The notes beneath the pieces were generated by a model. That model made no database searches, had not been told where the DNA came from, and saw only the letters and a program-made list of their open reading frames with translations. A DNA stretch of 63,951 bases, filler included, from Nitrospinota bacterium (GTDB taxonomy: Bacteria; JADFOP01), in NCBI GenBank assembly GCA_022562795.1. It is 3 parts of 3 records of this genome, joined end to end, with 100 filler letters (N's around TTAATTAATTAA, not from the genome) between each part and the next. Parts side by side here need not be neighbours in the genome. Positions count along the whole stretch, not along the records: positions 1 to 31,040 come from JADFOP010000024.1; positions 31,141 to 59,616 come from JADFOP010000025.1; 1 more part is not named here. One strand, written 5' to 3'. A program made the position numbers and the translations under genes. Below, piece after piece: positions 30,401 to 40,053 of the stretch. Each line of letters begins with the position of its first letter. Position 1 is the first letter of the stretch.

Positions 30401-30632
30401 CTATGGGTTCCTGAGGCGGGTGGAGAAACAGCTCCGCGTCGAAATGGACCGCCCGGTGGAGGTTCTACCGGCGGCGGAGGAAAAGCTCGCCGCCCTCGCC
30501 CGGCGGATGGGTCGCCAGGATGGAAGCCCGGCCGCCCTCGCCGAAGCCTTTCTCGGGGAGTACGATCGCCAGACCAGCCTTGTCAGAGACCTTTACGACG
30601 CCATCCTCACAAGGGAAAGACGTGCCCGGTAA
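27408..30632 (+). CDS. glnE: Bifunctional glutamine synthetase adenylyltransferase/deadenylase
   Basis: Two GKLGG.EL...SD.D nucleotidyltransferase motifs, RVDLRLRPEG, WERQA, KLG.GG. Confidence 0.95.
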   Translation: MIDSAHTRAAISDLLQATSCGQRELRLLKSLGFTDVKRAWTNIASLRETIGPADPTGHLLPTFLSELVQGFDAEVGLNAAERLAASLETPERLVPLCLEDASSRRALVACLSGSPYLSEMLISEPKLLEEVFGSGELGRSVFKDELEAELARQLEKAEGMEGAMKVLRRFRRRAFLRLGLRDLMREAELTETVEDLSNLADACLDAGLGFVENLLRARFGEPRYTDSEGVERLGEFCVIGMGKLGGQELNFSSDIDLMYVYASERGKTTGIREPSGRLTGQIELHEYYTRLSQELTRLIGERTADGVVFRVDLRLRPEGKSGNICASLRTYELYYESWGQTWERQALLKARPVAGSRQLGEAFLATITPFIFRKYLDFDAIQEIRGMKERIDSRLGISAPKGAHHVKLGAGGIREVEFVIQAFQMLYGGQDQWLREDNSLRALHRLSERGHITFDEYAKLTKAYTFLRELENRIQMTYGLQAHKIPDDEKSRAALARKMGLEGDTPDELASALLNAYEHHTARVRTVYNKFFYTADVEEASVPDKEYGWLFDPELRTEALKRLEALGFAHPERAANDLILLHDGSPGRHPSAHSRLLLRRLVPTLLEHLKTLADPDMALRHFEAFINASEAREMEISMLLDHPSLLKHLLALFGHSEFLSSVLLRQPNLFNTLVDPAIITEPVSAPAFERELHRTLDAIDGPERRREELRRLKKAAELRIGLRHLWGECDLKEAFGELTVVAEAALRWALASAEEEALSTYGQPREGREGQYRPATFTVIGLGKLGGRELDFGSDLDVMFVFSKEGTTDGRGATGEALTNSAYFSLLAQRIIHILSSTTQSGYAYKVDARLRPDGIHAPLVHNLAGLKAYYPERGRLWERQAMIRARAVAGEEALGRAVIELLEAFAYGSPIGPEDILAMDAMRRRMERERVREGTGRRNFKLGRGGLADIEFACQILQLAYGREHPEVRGPNTLKAIERLVAAGGLEPTEGETLAEAYGFLRRVEKQLRVEMDRPVEVLPAAEEKLAALARRMGRQDGSPAALAEAFLGEYDRQTSLVRDLYDAILTRERRAR

Positions 30633-30951
30633 TTGATGATTCGATATTAGCCCTTACAGCCTGTTTTCAAGATTCATTTTTGAAGCTTCAAAACACCTTT
30701 TTCCTTCATAAACCGAGGGACTGTCGCTCTGTCACAACCTATACGGCAGTCTAATACCTTGCGGGGACAGCGGTGTGGGAGAGGCGCAAGCAGGATCCTA
30801 AGACTATACTCATCGACCTGGTACGCAAGCCCACTAAGGTGGAATCCCCCCCCTCCGGAGGCTAGAGATATCCCTACTATCTCCCGCTTCTCCACCCGGT
30901 GTCCGCCCAAAACGAATGAGCCCAGAACTCATTGAATCCCGGGCTCTAAGA

Positions 30952-31027
30952 TGGAGCGGGCAACGGGTCTCGAACCCGCGACCTCCGGCTTGGGAAGCCG
31001 ACGCTCTACCAGCTGAGCTATGCCCGC
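30952..31027 (-). tRNA. tRNA-Gly (CCC)
   Basis: Reverse complement GCGGGCATAGCTCAGCTGGTAGAGCGTCGGCTTCCCAAGCCGGAGGTCGCGGGTTCGAGACCCGTTGCCCGCTCCA; 76 nt, encoded CCA. Confidence 0.97.
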
Positions 31028-31040
31028 CCCTATTTCATCG

Positions 31041-31140
31041 NNNNNNNNNNNNNNNNNNNNNNNNNNNNNNNNNNNNNNNNNNNNTTAATTAATTAANNNN
31101 NNNNNNNNNNNNNNNNNNNNNNNNNNNNNNNNNNNNNNNN
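31041..31140. other. Artificial contig-joining linker
   Basis: N44-TTAATTAATTAA-N44 (stops in all six frames). Confidence 0.97.
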
Positions 31141-31814
31141 GAGGCCGCCTCATCCTCAACCTCGGCGGCATCGCCAACATCTCGGCGCTTCCCCCCGGCC
31201 CCCGTGGTAAAAGCCCCTCGGACGTCCTGGCCTTCGATACGGGCCCGGGCAACATGGTCCTCGATGCCCTGATGGAGGAGCTGAGCCGGGGCCGGGAGAC
31301 CTTCGACCGAAGCGGCCGGGCCGCGGCCCGCGGAAGAGCGGACGAAACGCTTCTCGCCAGACTCCTCAAGCATCCATATTTCTGGGATTCTCCGAATAAG
31401 AGCACCGGACGAGAGACATTCGGCCGCGCCTATGCCATGCGATTGCTGAGAAGCGCCCGCCGGCGCGGCGGCGATCCCGAAGACGCCCTGGCCACCGCCA
31501 CCGCGCTGACGGCTCAATCTATCGCCGATCAACTGGAGCGCTTCGTCTTCGGACAAGGCACGTATAGGGAGCTCTATCTGTCGGGCGGGGGAGCTAAAAA
31601 CCGAACCCTGGTGAGAATGATTCAAGAGGCTCTTCCGGCCCTCGCGGTCCAGCCCGTCGACGCCCTCGGCATCTCCGCCGACGCCCTCGAGGCGGTCATT
31701 TTCGCTCTGCTAGCAGCAGAGACCATTGACGGTAGAGCCGTCTGGCTGCCCCACGCCACGGGCTCCCGGCACCCGGTCCTGCTTGGGACCATCGTCCCGG
31801 GCCGGGCGGGGTGA
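31141..31814 (+). CDS. anmK: Anhydro-N-acetylmuramic acid kinase, 5'-partial
   Basis: LNLGGIANIS, AFDTGPGNMVLD, KSTGRETFG, GGGAKN, EAVIFA. Confidence 0.93.
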
Positions 31815-31832
31815 CGCCCCCTCGTCCCTCCC

Positions 31833-33281
31833 CTACCTATAGAAAAAGTTAGAAAGCCCTCGGGGCAGGTGGGCGAAGATGGACTGATCGTCGAATTTGA
31901 GGTGGAGGTCCCGCGCCGAAGAGCGTCTGATGCGCTCCATTAGTTCTGTAAACTCGGCGTTTTCCGTCTCAAACGGGTCGTCCAAGACGATTTTTATGTT
32001 CAGGAAGTTGTTGAGCCTGATGTAGGACCAGTCGATGTCGTACTGGAGGCGCTTCTCCCGGGCCAGCCGAATGAACTCACCCCTAAGGCGCGCCCGCGTG
32101 TCGGCGGGCGGAGTCGAGCGGGCTTCCTCGATCTCCTCGTCGTTGAGAATCCGATCGACGAGGCCGTTGCGCTCCAAAAGGTAGTAAAGGCCCTTGTCCC
32201 GGCGGATGTTGTGGTACTGGAGATCGAGCATGAGGAGCCGGTCGTTGTTCCATGAAATATCATGGTACTCCTGGTAGGTTTCAATCAGTCGCTTCTTGAT
32301 GACCCAGTCAATCTGCCGGTCAAGTTGCATCGGGTCGGTGGCCAGGGCCTCGAGGACCGCGCCCCACCGCTGAAGCATGTCGGCCGCAATGGGGCCCGCT
32401 CCACGGCTTTCGAAGTAGCGGACGCTCAACTCGTAGTACGCCTGTTGAATCTCCAGGGCGCTCATCTTTCGCCCGTCTTCCAAGTCCACCCGTCGGGTGA
32501 GGGTCGTGTCGTGCGAGATGTCCTTGATGGCCTTGACCGGGTTGCGCAGCGCAAAGCCCTTATTAATCCCCCCCTCCTCGATGACCTCCAGCACGAGGGC
32601 CGTGGTGCCGAACTTCAGATAGGTTGTGTACTCGCTCATGCTGCTGTCGCCGACGATGACGTGGAGGCGTCGGTATTTTTCGCGGTCCGCATGGGGCTCG
32701 TCGCGGGTGTTGATGATGGAGCGGTCGTTGGTCGTGGCCCCGGAGATTTTCTGGCACACGTGTTCGGCCCGCTGCGAGATGAAATAGTCGGTGCCCCAAC
32801 GGGTTTTGAAGAGTTTGCCGGCGCCGGTGAAAATCTGGCGGGCCACCAAGAAGGGGATGAGGCGCTCGGCCAGGTAGTTGAAATCAACGGCACGGTCAAC
32901 GAGGTAGTTCTCATGGCAGCCGTAGGAGTTGCCCACAAAGTCGGTGTTGTTCTTGAAGATGGAGAGGTTGCCGGCGAGGCCTTCCTTGGTGGCTCTCCGC
33001 TCGGCGAAGTGTAGTAGGTCTTCGATAATCCGCTCACCGGCCTTGTCGTAGCGAATAACATCATGCAGGGACGCGCATTCAGGGGTTGCGTATTCCGGAT
33101 GGTAGCCAGTATCGAGGTAGAATTTTGCACCGTTATCGAAAAAGACGTTAAGGAAACCCTCCATGGTGTCGAGCTTCTCGAAGAGGTACCGGACGGCCTT
33201 CTCCACCGGGAGGGTCTTCTTCCCATCGGTGGTAAAGATGATTCCGTACTCGCTCTCCAACCCGTAGATGCGCTTTTTCAT
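31833..33281 (-). CDS. pafA: Pup-protein ligase
   Basis: RIYGLESEYG, NGAKFYLDTGYHPEYATPEC, NSYGCHENY, LDLQYH; lacks the Dop loop. Confidence 0.93.
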   Translation of the reverse strand: MKKRIYGLESEYGIIFTTDGKKTLPVEKAVRYLFEKLDTMEGFLNVFFDNGAKFYLDTGYHPEYATPECASLHDVIRYDKAGERIIEDLLHFAERRATKEGLAGNLSIFKNNTDFVGNSYGCHENYLVDRAVDFNYLAERLIPFLVARQIFTGAGKLFKTRWGTDYFISQRAEHVCQKISGATTNDRSIINTRDEPHADREKYRRLHVIVGDSSMSEYTTYLKFGTTALVLEVIEEGGINKGFALRNPVKAIKDISHDTTLTRRVDLEDGRKMSALEIQQAYYELSVRYFESRGAGPIAADMLQRWGAVLEALATDPMQLDRQIDWVIKKRLIETYQEYHDISWNNDRLLMLDLQYHNIRRDKGLYYLLERNGLVDRILNDEEIEEARSTPPADTRARLRGEFIRLAREKRLQYDIDWSYIRLNNFLNIKIVLDDPFETENAEFTELMERIRRSSARDLHLKFDDQSIFAHLPRGLSNFFYR

Positions 33282-33973
33282 GAAGCCCCCTGCTCCAGGA
33301 GGCGTGCTACCGCCTCATTGGAAAGCCTTTTGAAGGTGCGATCCTCAGCCCGCTCCTCGAGCATCGCCACCTCCAGATGCTCGTGAGGGATCGAGCGCTT
33401 CTCCACGTGGGCGATGGTATCACTCGACAGCCGGAGAGCCTCGCCCAGGCTGAGGCCCGCTCTGTAGTGCTCAGAGAGGTAGCTTTCCAGCTCCTTGGTC
33501 TGGCCCCCAATGGCGGAGAAGTCTTGGTGGTCGGAGATGGAGCCGTCATACAGGATATGGAAGATTCGATTGCCCGCACGCCCTGCGCCACCCACCTCCA
33601 CGATAAGAATCTCAACCTCGAGGGGCTTGAGCTGCTGGGTGAAGATCTCCCCGATGACCTGACTGAAGGCGTTGGCCAGGCTCTTGGCGGTGACGTCCTC
33701 GCGGCTGTAGGCGAACCCTTTGAGGTCGGCGTACCTGATGGCGGCCTTGCGGAGGTTCTCAAACTCGCTGTACTTGCCCGCTCCCGCGAAGGCGATGCGG
33801 TCGTAAACCTCGCTGATCTTGTTTAGGCTCGCAGAGGGGTTCTCTCCGGCCAGCAACAGCCCTTCGGAGAACTCCACCGCCACGAGGCTTTTGCTCTTGG
33901 CTATCCCCTTTCGGCAGTACTCCACCTTGTCCTGGACCAACTGCTCGGGGGTTACGTAGAAAGGTATTGTCAT
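33278..33973 (-). CDS. prcA: 20S proteasome alpha subunit
   Basis: PFYVTPEQ...DK.EY.RKGIA, ENPS.SL.KISEVYDRIAF, YSREDVTAK. Confidence 0.95.
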   Translation of the reverse strand: MTIPFYVTPEQLVQDKVEYCRKGIAKSKSLVAVEFSEGLLLAGENPSASLNKISEVYDRIAFAGAGKYSEFENLRKAAIRYADLKGFAYSREDVTAKSLANAFSQVIGEIFTQQLKPLEVEILIVEVGGAGRAGNRIFHILYDGSISDHQDFSAIGGQTKELESYLSEHYRAGLSLGEALRLSSDTIAHVEKRSIPHEHLEVAMLEERAEDRTFKRLSNEAVARLLEQGAS

Positions 33974-33976
33974 CTC

Positions 33977-34762
33977 TTAGCTCTTTTGTCGGGCCGCTGT
34001 CAGGGTCTCGATTATGGAGCGGACCTCATCTTCGGGAACTTCGTGGACCCCCTCGGCGGAGATAACCTTTACCGTGGGGAAGATACCTCGAAAAATATCG
34101 GGCCCACCCGTTCCAACGTCCTCGTCGGCGGCATCCATAAGGGCCTCGAGCCCGATGCGGATTCCTTCATCCGTGGGCAGCTCATCCCTGTAAAGCTTTT
34201 TCAAGGCCGCTTTTGCCTCGCGGCCTCCGCTTCCCGTGGCGTGGTAGTCATCCTCCTCGTAGCGGCCCCCCGTGATGTCGTACTTGAAGATTCGGCCCAC
34301 CCCGGAACGGTCATCGTATCCGGCTAAGATGGGGATGACGATGAGCCCTCGAAGGGCTGAAGGCAAGTTTGCCCGGACCATCTGGGCCAGCTTATTAGCC
34401 TTGCCCTCCAATACAAGCTGCTCGCCCTCGATTTTCTCGTAGTGCTCAAGCTCGGTCTGAAAGAGGCGGACCGCCTCGAGGCACGGTCCCGCTACCCCGG
34501 CTATAGCGATAAGGGTGGACCCGTCGGCCTTGAAGACCTTCTCGATTCGTCGGTCCGAGACGTGGAAGCCTTCGGTGGCCATCCGGTCGCCTACCATCAC
34601 GACGCCGTCGGCCACCTTGAGGGCCAGGATGGTTGTCCCGTGAGGCTGGCTGGGCGGCAGCTCGGCGCCGGGCTCAAGAAGTACGCTAGGGACGAGGTCA
34701 GGAGTGTCGGTCCTCAACAGCTCCCAGAAACTGCTACCCTGGTACTGAGTGGGGAGTTGCAC
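33977..34762 (-). CDS. prcB: 20S proteasome beta subunit
   Basis: Propeptide cleavage site PHG|TTILA, GDRMAT, GSGG. Confidence 0.95.
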   Translation of the reverse strand: MQLPTQYQGSSFWELLRTDTPDLVPSVLLEPGAELPPSQPHGTTILALKVADGVVMVGDRMATEGFHVSDRRIEKVFKADGSTLIAIAGVAGPCLEAVRLFQTELEHYEKIEGEQLVLEGKANKLAQMVRANLPSALRGLIVIPILAGYDDRSGVGRIFKYDITGGRYEEDDYHATGSGGREAKAALKKLYRDELPTDEGIRIGLEALMDAADEDVGTGGPDIFRGIFPTVKVISAEGVHEVPEDEVRSIIETLTAARQKS

Positions 34763-34763
34763 C

Positions 34764-35018
34764 TCACTGACCTCCCCGCTGGACGTAGTTGCGGACGAAC
34801 TCCTCGGCGTTTTCTTCCAGCACCTCGTCTATCTGGTCGATGAGTTGATCGAGGTCCTCTTTGAGTTTCTGGTCCTTGTCGGATGATACACTCTTGGCGC
34901 TCTCGGTCTGCTCGGTTTCCTGGGGTTCGCGACTGCGTTGACGCTGCTCCTGCCCACCCGTCGCCCAGGCACCAACGCCCACCCACGAGTCTGAACGCCT
35001 GGATTGCGGAACCTGCAT
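34764..35018 (-). CDS. pup: Prokaryotic ubiquitin-like protein Pup
   Basis: DQLIDQIDEVLEENAEEFVRNYVQRGGQ C-terminus; RBS GAAGGAG. Confidence 0.93.
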   Translation of the reverse strand: MQVPQSRRSDSWVGVGAWATGGQEQRQRSREPQETEQTESAKSVSSDKDQKLKEDLDQLIDQIDEVLEENAEEFVRNYVQRGGQ

Positions 35019-35059
35019 AGAGTCTTCTCCTTCTTCCATCGGGGCGCGCCGTGCGGCCC

Positions 35060-36544
35060 TCACTGAGTGATGTTTTTCACGAGGTCATGGGCCGATCCCG
35101 AGGCGTTGAGCAGCTCCTCCACGTGGGCCCGCGTGCCCCGCAACGGCTCAGCCATGATAATTCGTTTGATGGGCTCTGTGCCGCCCAGGTTAAAAGAGAT
35201 CGAGGCCCAGTTGACGCCGTAGACCTCGTCACTGTACCGCATCAGACACTGCCCTCGGAAGTATGCGCGGGTGCCTTCGGGCGGCTTATGCATTGCATCC
35301 TCGATGTCCTCATCTGTCGTAAGCCTCTCGACGCGGCCCTGCCTCTCCAAAAGGTGATAAAGCCCTCGATCCTCGCGCGTATCGTGGTACTGGAGGTCCA
35401 TCATGGCGATGCGGGGGTCGCCCCAAGCCACACCCTTTTTCTCCTGGTACGATCTTAGCAGAAAGCGCTTGGTCACCCAGTCGAGCTGGCCGATAAGCTC
35501 GTCGGGATCGCGAGCCAAGGCATCGAGGGCCGCCTCCCAGCGATCGCAACAAGCCTCCAGCTCGGCCCCCTGGGGTTTCCGGGCGATGTACTGGCGGGCC
35601 TGGTCGAGGTATTCGCGCTGAATTTCCAGAGCGGTCATCCGCTGTCCATCTTCCATTTCCAAGGGCTGGCGAAGCGAGAGGTCCCGGCTCACTTGTTTCA
35701 TGGCGGCCACGGGCTTCCGGATGGCCAGGTTAGGGAGGAAGACGTTGTCTTCGATCATTTTCAACACAAGCAGGGTGGTGCCCCACTTGAGGAAGGTCGC
35801 CACCTCCGCCATGTTCGAATCCCCCACGATTAAATGGAGGCGCCGGTACTTCTCCCTGTCGGCGTGAGGCTCGTCGCGGGTGTTGACGATCGCACGCTTA
35901 TTCATGGTATCGAGTCCTACCTCGACCTCGAAGAAGTCGGCACGCTGTGAGATCTGGAAATCACAGGTCGGTGCATTGTTTTCTGCCATCGCCTTGCCGG
36001 CCCCGCAGAAAATCTGACGGGTGACAAGAAACGGAATGATGTGCTCGACGATGAGCTTAAAGGGGGCACGGCGGTCCATTAAGTAGTTTTCGTGGTAACC
36101 GTAGGAGTTGCCCTTCTGGTCGGAGTTGTTCCGGTAGATGATGAGGGCACGGCCGGGCGGGAGAGTGGCGTTGGCGTTACGGCGGCAGTTATCAATTATC
36201 CGCTCTCCGGCCTTCTCATAAGTGATGAGTTCGATTACCGAGGAGCACTCGGGCGTCGAGAACTCCGGATGGGCGTGGTCCACGTAGAGGCGCGCCCCGT
36301 TGATGAGCATCTTGTTGATCTGGACGTTGTCAGCGTAGCTCGGAACCTCGAGCTGCTCCTCGACTTGAAACCCGCGCGCGTCGGCATACGGGTTTTCCTC
36401 CTCGTAGTCCCATATGACGTTGGCCGTGGTCTGGTGGCTGTTGACCAGGAGGATGGAGTTGGTTACGGCGTCGAAGTCCTCTTCCCCCAACAGGGAAATG
36501 CCGTACTCCGTCTCCGAGCCAATTATGTGGCCGGGAAGCGCCAT
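35060..36544 (-). CDS. dop: Pup deamidase/depupylase
   Basis: GSETEYG, WDYEEENP..DARGF loop, NGARLYVDHAHPE, SQRADFFEVEVGL. Confidence 0.94.
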   Translation of the reverse strand: MALPGHIIGSETEYGISLLGEEDFDAVTNSILLVNSHQTTANVIWDYEEENPYADARGFQVEEQLEVPSYADNVQINKMLINGARLYVDHAHPEFSTPECSSVIELITYEKAGERIIDNCRRNANATLPPGRALIIYRNNSDQKGNSYGYHENYLMDRRAPFKLIVEHIIPFLVTRQIFCGAGKAMAENNAPTCDFQISQRADFFEVEVGLDTMNKRAIVNTRDEPHADREKYRRLHLIVGDSNMAEVATFLKWGTTLLVLKMIEDNVFLPNLAIRKPVAAMKQVSRDLSLRQPLEMEDGQRMTALEIQREYLDQARQYIARKPQGAELEACCDRWEAALDALARDPDELIGQLDWVTKRFLLRSYQEKKGVAWGDPRIAMMDLQYHDTREDRGLYHLLERQGRVERLTTDEDIEDAMHKPPEGTRAYFRGQCLMRYSDEVYGVNWASISFNLGGTEPIKRIIMAEPLRGTRAHVEELLNASGSAHDLVKNITQ

Positions 36545-36569
36545 GTATAACCCAGTGAATTAACCCCGA

Positions 36570-38396
36570 CTACATATATTGACGGGCTATGACGTCTTCA
36601 ATGTCACTTCTTGGAGGGACATGGCCTCGAAGAAGCGTGCGCACGTTGACGATTCGCTCGCCCTTGCGGCCGGCGATTCGCGCCCAATCGTCCGGGTTGG
36701 TGGTATTGGGCAGGTCCTCGTTCTCTTTGAACTCCTCTCGGACGGACTCGAGAAGGTCAGATGCCCTAAGGCCCCTCTCCTCGCCGGCGATGGAGCGCTT
36801 AAGCGCCAGCTTCTTGGCCCGCCGGACGATATTCTCTATCATGGCGCCAGAGGCGAAGTCTTTGAAGTAGAAGACCTCTTTATCCCCTTTCGCGTAGGTC
36901 ACCTCGAGGAACCGGTTATCGTCGTTCGAGGCGTACATGGCCTTGACGGTCACGTCGATAAGGCGAGCGACGCAGGCCTCCGGGCCATCGCCGTCGACGG
37001 CGAGCTCCTCGCTGTGGATTGGAAGTGTGGAAAGGAGGTATTTGGAGAAAACCTCTTTGGCCGCCTCTTCGTCGGGCCTGTCCACCTTGATTTTGAGGTC
37101 CAGCCGGCCGGGCCGGAGGATGGCCGGATCGATGAGGTCTTGGCGGTTGCTCGCCCCAATGATGATCACGCCCCGGAGGGACTCGACTCCATCGATTTCG
37201 CTGAGGAATTGGGCGACGATGGTCGTCTCCACGTCCGATGAGATGCCGCTGCCCCTTATGCGGAAAAGGGCGTCCATCTCATCAAAGAAAACGATGACCG
37301 GACACTTCTCATTGGCCTTGGCCTTGGCTTTTTTGAAGACCTCCCGAATCTTAAACTCCGTCTCACCCACATACTTGTTGAGCAGCTCCGGGCCCTTGAT
37401 GTTGAGGAAGTAACCCTTGGTCTCCTCGCCCGTCCTAAGGCTCATCTCGGTTGCGAGGCTGTTGGCGATGGCCTTCGCGATCATTGTTTTTCCGCACCCC
37501 GGCGGACCATAAAGGAGGATACCCTTAGGAGGGTCAAGCCGGAAGGCAGCGAACTCTTCCGGGTAGAGGTAGGGCAACTCAATGGCGTCTCGCAACGCCT
37601 CGATCTGCTCGGAAAGCCCACCGACGTGGTCGTATGTGACGTCGGGCACCTCTTCGAGGACAACCTCCTCCACCTGAGTTTTGGGGATCTTCTCCAGAGC
37701 GAAGCCACTGCGAGAGTCAACCATCAAGGGGTCACCCACCTGTGGCATATCCACGCGCAGGGGCTCAGATAGTTGGAAGACCCGTTCTTCGTCGACCCTT
37801 CCGAGCAGCACGACGCGATGGTCGTCAAGGAAGTCCTTGACAATCATCACCTCACCCTTCGTTTCAAACTCGCGGGCGGCCACGGCGTTGAGCGCCTCGT
37901 TGAGTATGAGGGACTGGCCGGGCTCGAGGGACTCCGGATCCATCCCTGGATGGACATTGACCCGGATTCGGCGGCCGTCTAGGTCAACGTCCACCGTCCC
38001 GTCAGCGTTGAGGGCGATGAACTTTCCGTAGGAATTGGGTGGCGCGGAGAGCTTATCAACCTCCTCTTTCAGCAGATCGATTTGGTGCTTGGCCTCTTGA
38101 AAGGCCATGACCAGCTTCTCGTTTTGCTTCCTTGCGTCAGAGAGCTGCCCGGTGATGCTCTGGTTGGTCTGCTTCATGTCGTCAAAGTCGGAACGCAACT
38201 GCTCTAAGCGCTCAGAAAGATCGGTCGATTCGCCCTCGATATACCCCAACTGGCCAAGGAGGTCCTCAATGAGGCTCTCGTATTGGGTCAACTTTTCGTC
38301 CAGCCCAGACTCCGATCTTGGGATGTAGTCGGACACCTTCTTTACAGTATCCCGAACGACCCACTTGCGCTCTCGGTCTTTGAAGGACTTCCCCAT
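36570..38396 (-). CDS. arc: Proteasome AAA ATPase ARC/Mpa
   Basis: Coiled coil plus [45 protein letters not shown]-terminal QYM (HbYX). Confidence 0.96.
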   Translation of the reverse strand: MGKSFKDRERKWVVRDTVKKVSDYIPRSESGLDEKLTQYESLIEDLLGQLGYIEGESTDLSERLEQLRSDFDDMKQTNQSITGQLSDARKQNEKLVMAFQEAKHQIDLLKEEVDKLSAPPNSYGKFIALNADGTVDVDLDGRRIRVNVHPGMDPESLEPGQSLILNEALNAVAAREFETKGEVMIVKDFLDDHRVVLLGRVDEERVFQLSEPLRVDMPQVGDPLMVDSRSGFALEKIPKTQVEEVVLEEVPDVTYDHVGGLSEQIEALRDAIELPYLYPEEFAAFRLDPPKGILLYGPPGCGKTMIAKAIANSLATEMSLRTGEETKGYFLNIKGPELLNKYVGETEFKIREVFKKAKAKANEKCPVIVFFDEMDALFRIRGSGISSDVETTIVAQFLSEIDGVESLRGVIIIGASNRQDLIDPAILRPGRLDLKIKVDRPDEEAAKEVFSKYLLSTLPIHSEELAVDGDGPEACVARLIDVTVKAMYASNDDNRFLEVTYAKGDKEVFYFKDFASGAMIENIVRRAKKLALKRSIAGEERGLRASDLLESVREEFKENEDLPNTTNPDDWARIAGRKGERIVNVRTLLRGHVPPRSDIEDVIARQYM

Positions 38397-38642
38397 GGTC
38401 TTCTCCCGCGGCTGTAAGGAGCAAATGGAAAGCGACTAGACCCCATTAGATGGTAACATCTTTTATGTGCAAGTCAAGGGAGGTAAAGCTAATATGGCTA
38501 GCTATTATAATTTCTTATGGGAACTTGGCTTGTGATAACTTGACCCGGCGCGGGACCTATTATCGGGGGGGGGTGCGCCTCACTTCGGTAAGGTCTAAGA
38601 CAATCTCTATAGCGACCAATAGGGCAAGTGGAGCCAATGTCC

Positions 38643-39026
38643 TCAGAGGCCCAGCTCCCGATGCCGTTTCTGGGCAAGCTCCATCTCCGACTGGCAATCG
38701 CGGCAGTATGGCGCGAGGGGAAGTGCTTGCAACCGCTTGGCGCCGATAGTCTTCTCGCAACGCTCGCAGACCCCGTATAGCCCAGCTTCAATCTTCTCGA
38801 GGGCCTCCTCGATGGCACGCAGCTCTTCTCGCTCCCGGCTGGAGAGCATGTAGTTGATATCCCGGTCACGGGAGGCGGCGGCCCTGTCAAGGTCGTCTCC
38901 CCGATCGAGCTCTATGGCGCTTTCCTCCCGCTTGCTCTCGGCCAACTTTCGGACGAGTTGCTCGCGCTTTTCCAGCAATAGCTGCTTCTGAGACTCAGAT
39001 TTCTTTGTTGGCTTCGGTGTGGTCAT
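38643..39026 (-). CDS. dksA: TraR/DksA C4 zinc-finger family protein
   Basis: GDDLDRA, YGVCERCEKTIGAKRLQALP...YCRDC. Confidence 0.85.
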   Translation of the reverse strand: MTTPKPTKKSESQKQLLLEKREQLVRKLAESKREESAIELDRGDDLDRAAASRDRDINYMLSSREREELRAIEEALEKIEAGLYGVCERCEKTIGAKRLQALPLAPYCRDCQSEMELAQKRHRELGL

Positions 39027-39040
39027 GCTCGCATCCGTCG

Positions 39041-39949
39041 TTATCCGTTCCCGGTAAGATCGAGGCAGAAGAGGTATCCGACCATTTTGTACAGCAGCTT
39101 GGCCGCCAGGACATCGGGAGCCCTCAGGCCAGGAATGGGGGCCAGCTCCATGAGGTCAAACCCTACAATCTCGCGCCGGGCCGCCAGCGTCTTCATTAGG
39201 AGCGTCACCGTTGACCAGTCGAGGCCCCCCGGCTCCGGGGTGCCCACGGCGGGCATTACGGCCGGGTCGAAGACGTCGAGGTCGATGGTGACGTAAACCC
39301 TCTCGCCGAGCGACGAACAGACGGCCTCGGCCCATGTTGCATCGCCGGTTGCCTCGCTCGCCCAGAAGCACTCCCCGCCTCTCTCGGTCAGCCAGCTACG
39401 CTCTTCGGCGGAGCAGCTCCTAACCCCCACAGCAGTCACTGGAGCCACGTCCCATACCCGCCGCATCACACAGGCGTGGCTAAAGGCGCTGTCATGGTAA
39501 GTGTCACGCAGATCTAAGTGGGCGTCAAGCTGGAGGACGCTTAGGCTCCCGTAGGCCGTCACGTGAGCTCCTACGGCCGCCCTCGTCAGGGTATGCTCCC
39601 CGCCTACCGTGGCCACGGTCTTACCCTGATCAATCAAATATGAGACGAGGGCCTCCACCCTGTCCAGCATGGCCTTTGGGTCGCCGGCCACCGGCTCCAC
39701 CTCAGGAGATGTGTAAATCCCCACGGTGCAGGGCTCGACCCCCAGCTCCTCGTCGTACTCCTCAAGGTATCGGGATGCATCGATTATTGCCCGCGGACCG
39801 AACCGACAGCCCGGCTGGTAGGAGGTCGTGGCGTCGTAGGGAACCGGGAGGATAGCCACACGAGCCCGCTCCCATCCGGCCTGCTCCTCGTCGAGGGCTA
39901 AGAACCGATTGGGTAGAATGGGGGCATGGGCCTCGAAGGGGTTCTTCAC
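39041..39949 (-). CDS. speB: Agmatinase
   Basis: PYDATTSY.PG.RFGP, GGEH, DAHLD, TIDLDVFDP..MPAVGTPEPGG; GTG start after AAGGAGG. Confidence 0.93.
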   Translation of the reverse strand: MKNPFEAHAPILPNRFLALDEEQAGWERARVAILPVPYDATTSYQPGCRFGPRAIIDASRYLEEYDEELGVEPCTVGIYTSPEVEPVAGDPKAMLDRVEALVSYLIDQGKTVATVGGEHTLTRAAVGAHVTAYGSLSVLQLDAHLDLRDTYHDSAFSHACVMRRVWDVAPVTAVGVRSCSAEERSWLTERGGECFWASEATGDATWAEAVCSSLGERVYVTIDLDVFDPAVMPAVGTPEPGGLDWSTVTLLMKTLAARREIVGFDLMELAPIPGLRAPDVLAAKLLYKMVGYLFCLDLTGNG

Positions 39950-40053
39950 GCCTCCTTCTCCTCCGTTACGAGAGAGATTCACCGCATAGTTCCCAGCTAA
40001 GTGGAGCGCCGGGAAAGATGCATGTGGCAGGCCGCGCCACCGGGTCGAGGCAG

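Noticed and set aside
30633-31027. Possible island integrated at tRNA-Gly
   Set aside because: No integrase or duplicated tRNA 3' end was seen, and the neighbour is housekeeping glnE. ORF 30674-30910 has no recognisable motif.
31041-31140. TTAATTAATTAA palindrome within N runs (also 59617-59716)
   Set aside because: Synthetic six-frame-stop linker. It is not biological, and links across it are unsupported.
34764-35018. UBact rather than Pup
   Set aside because: The C-terminus EENAEEFV..YVQRGGQ is Pup-type.
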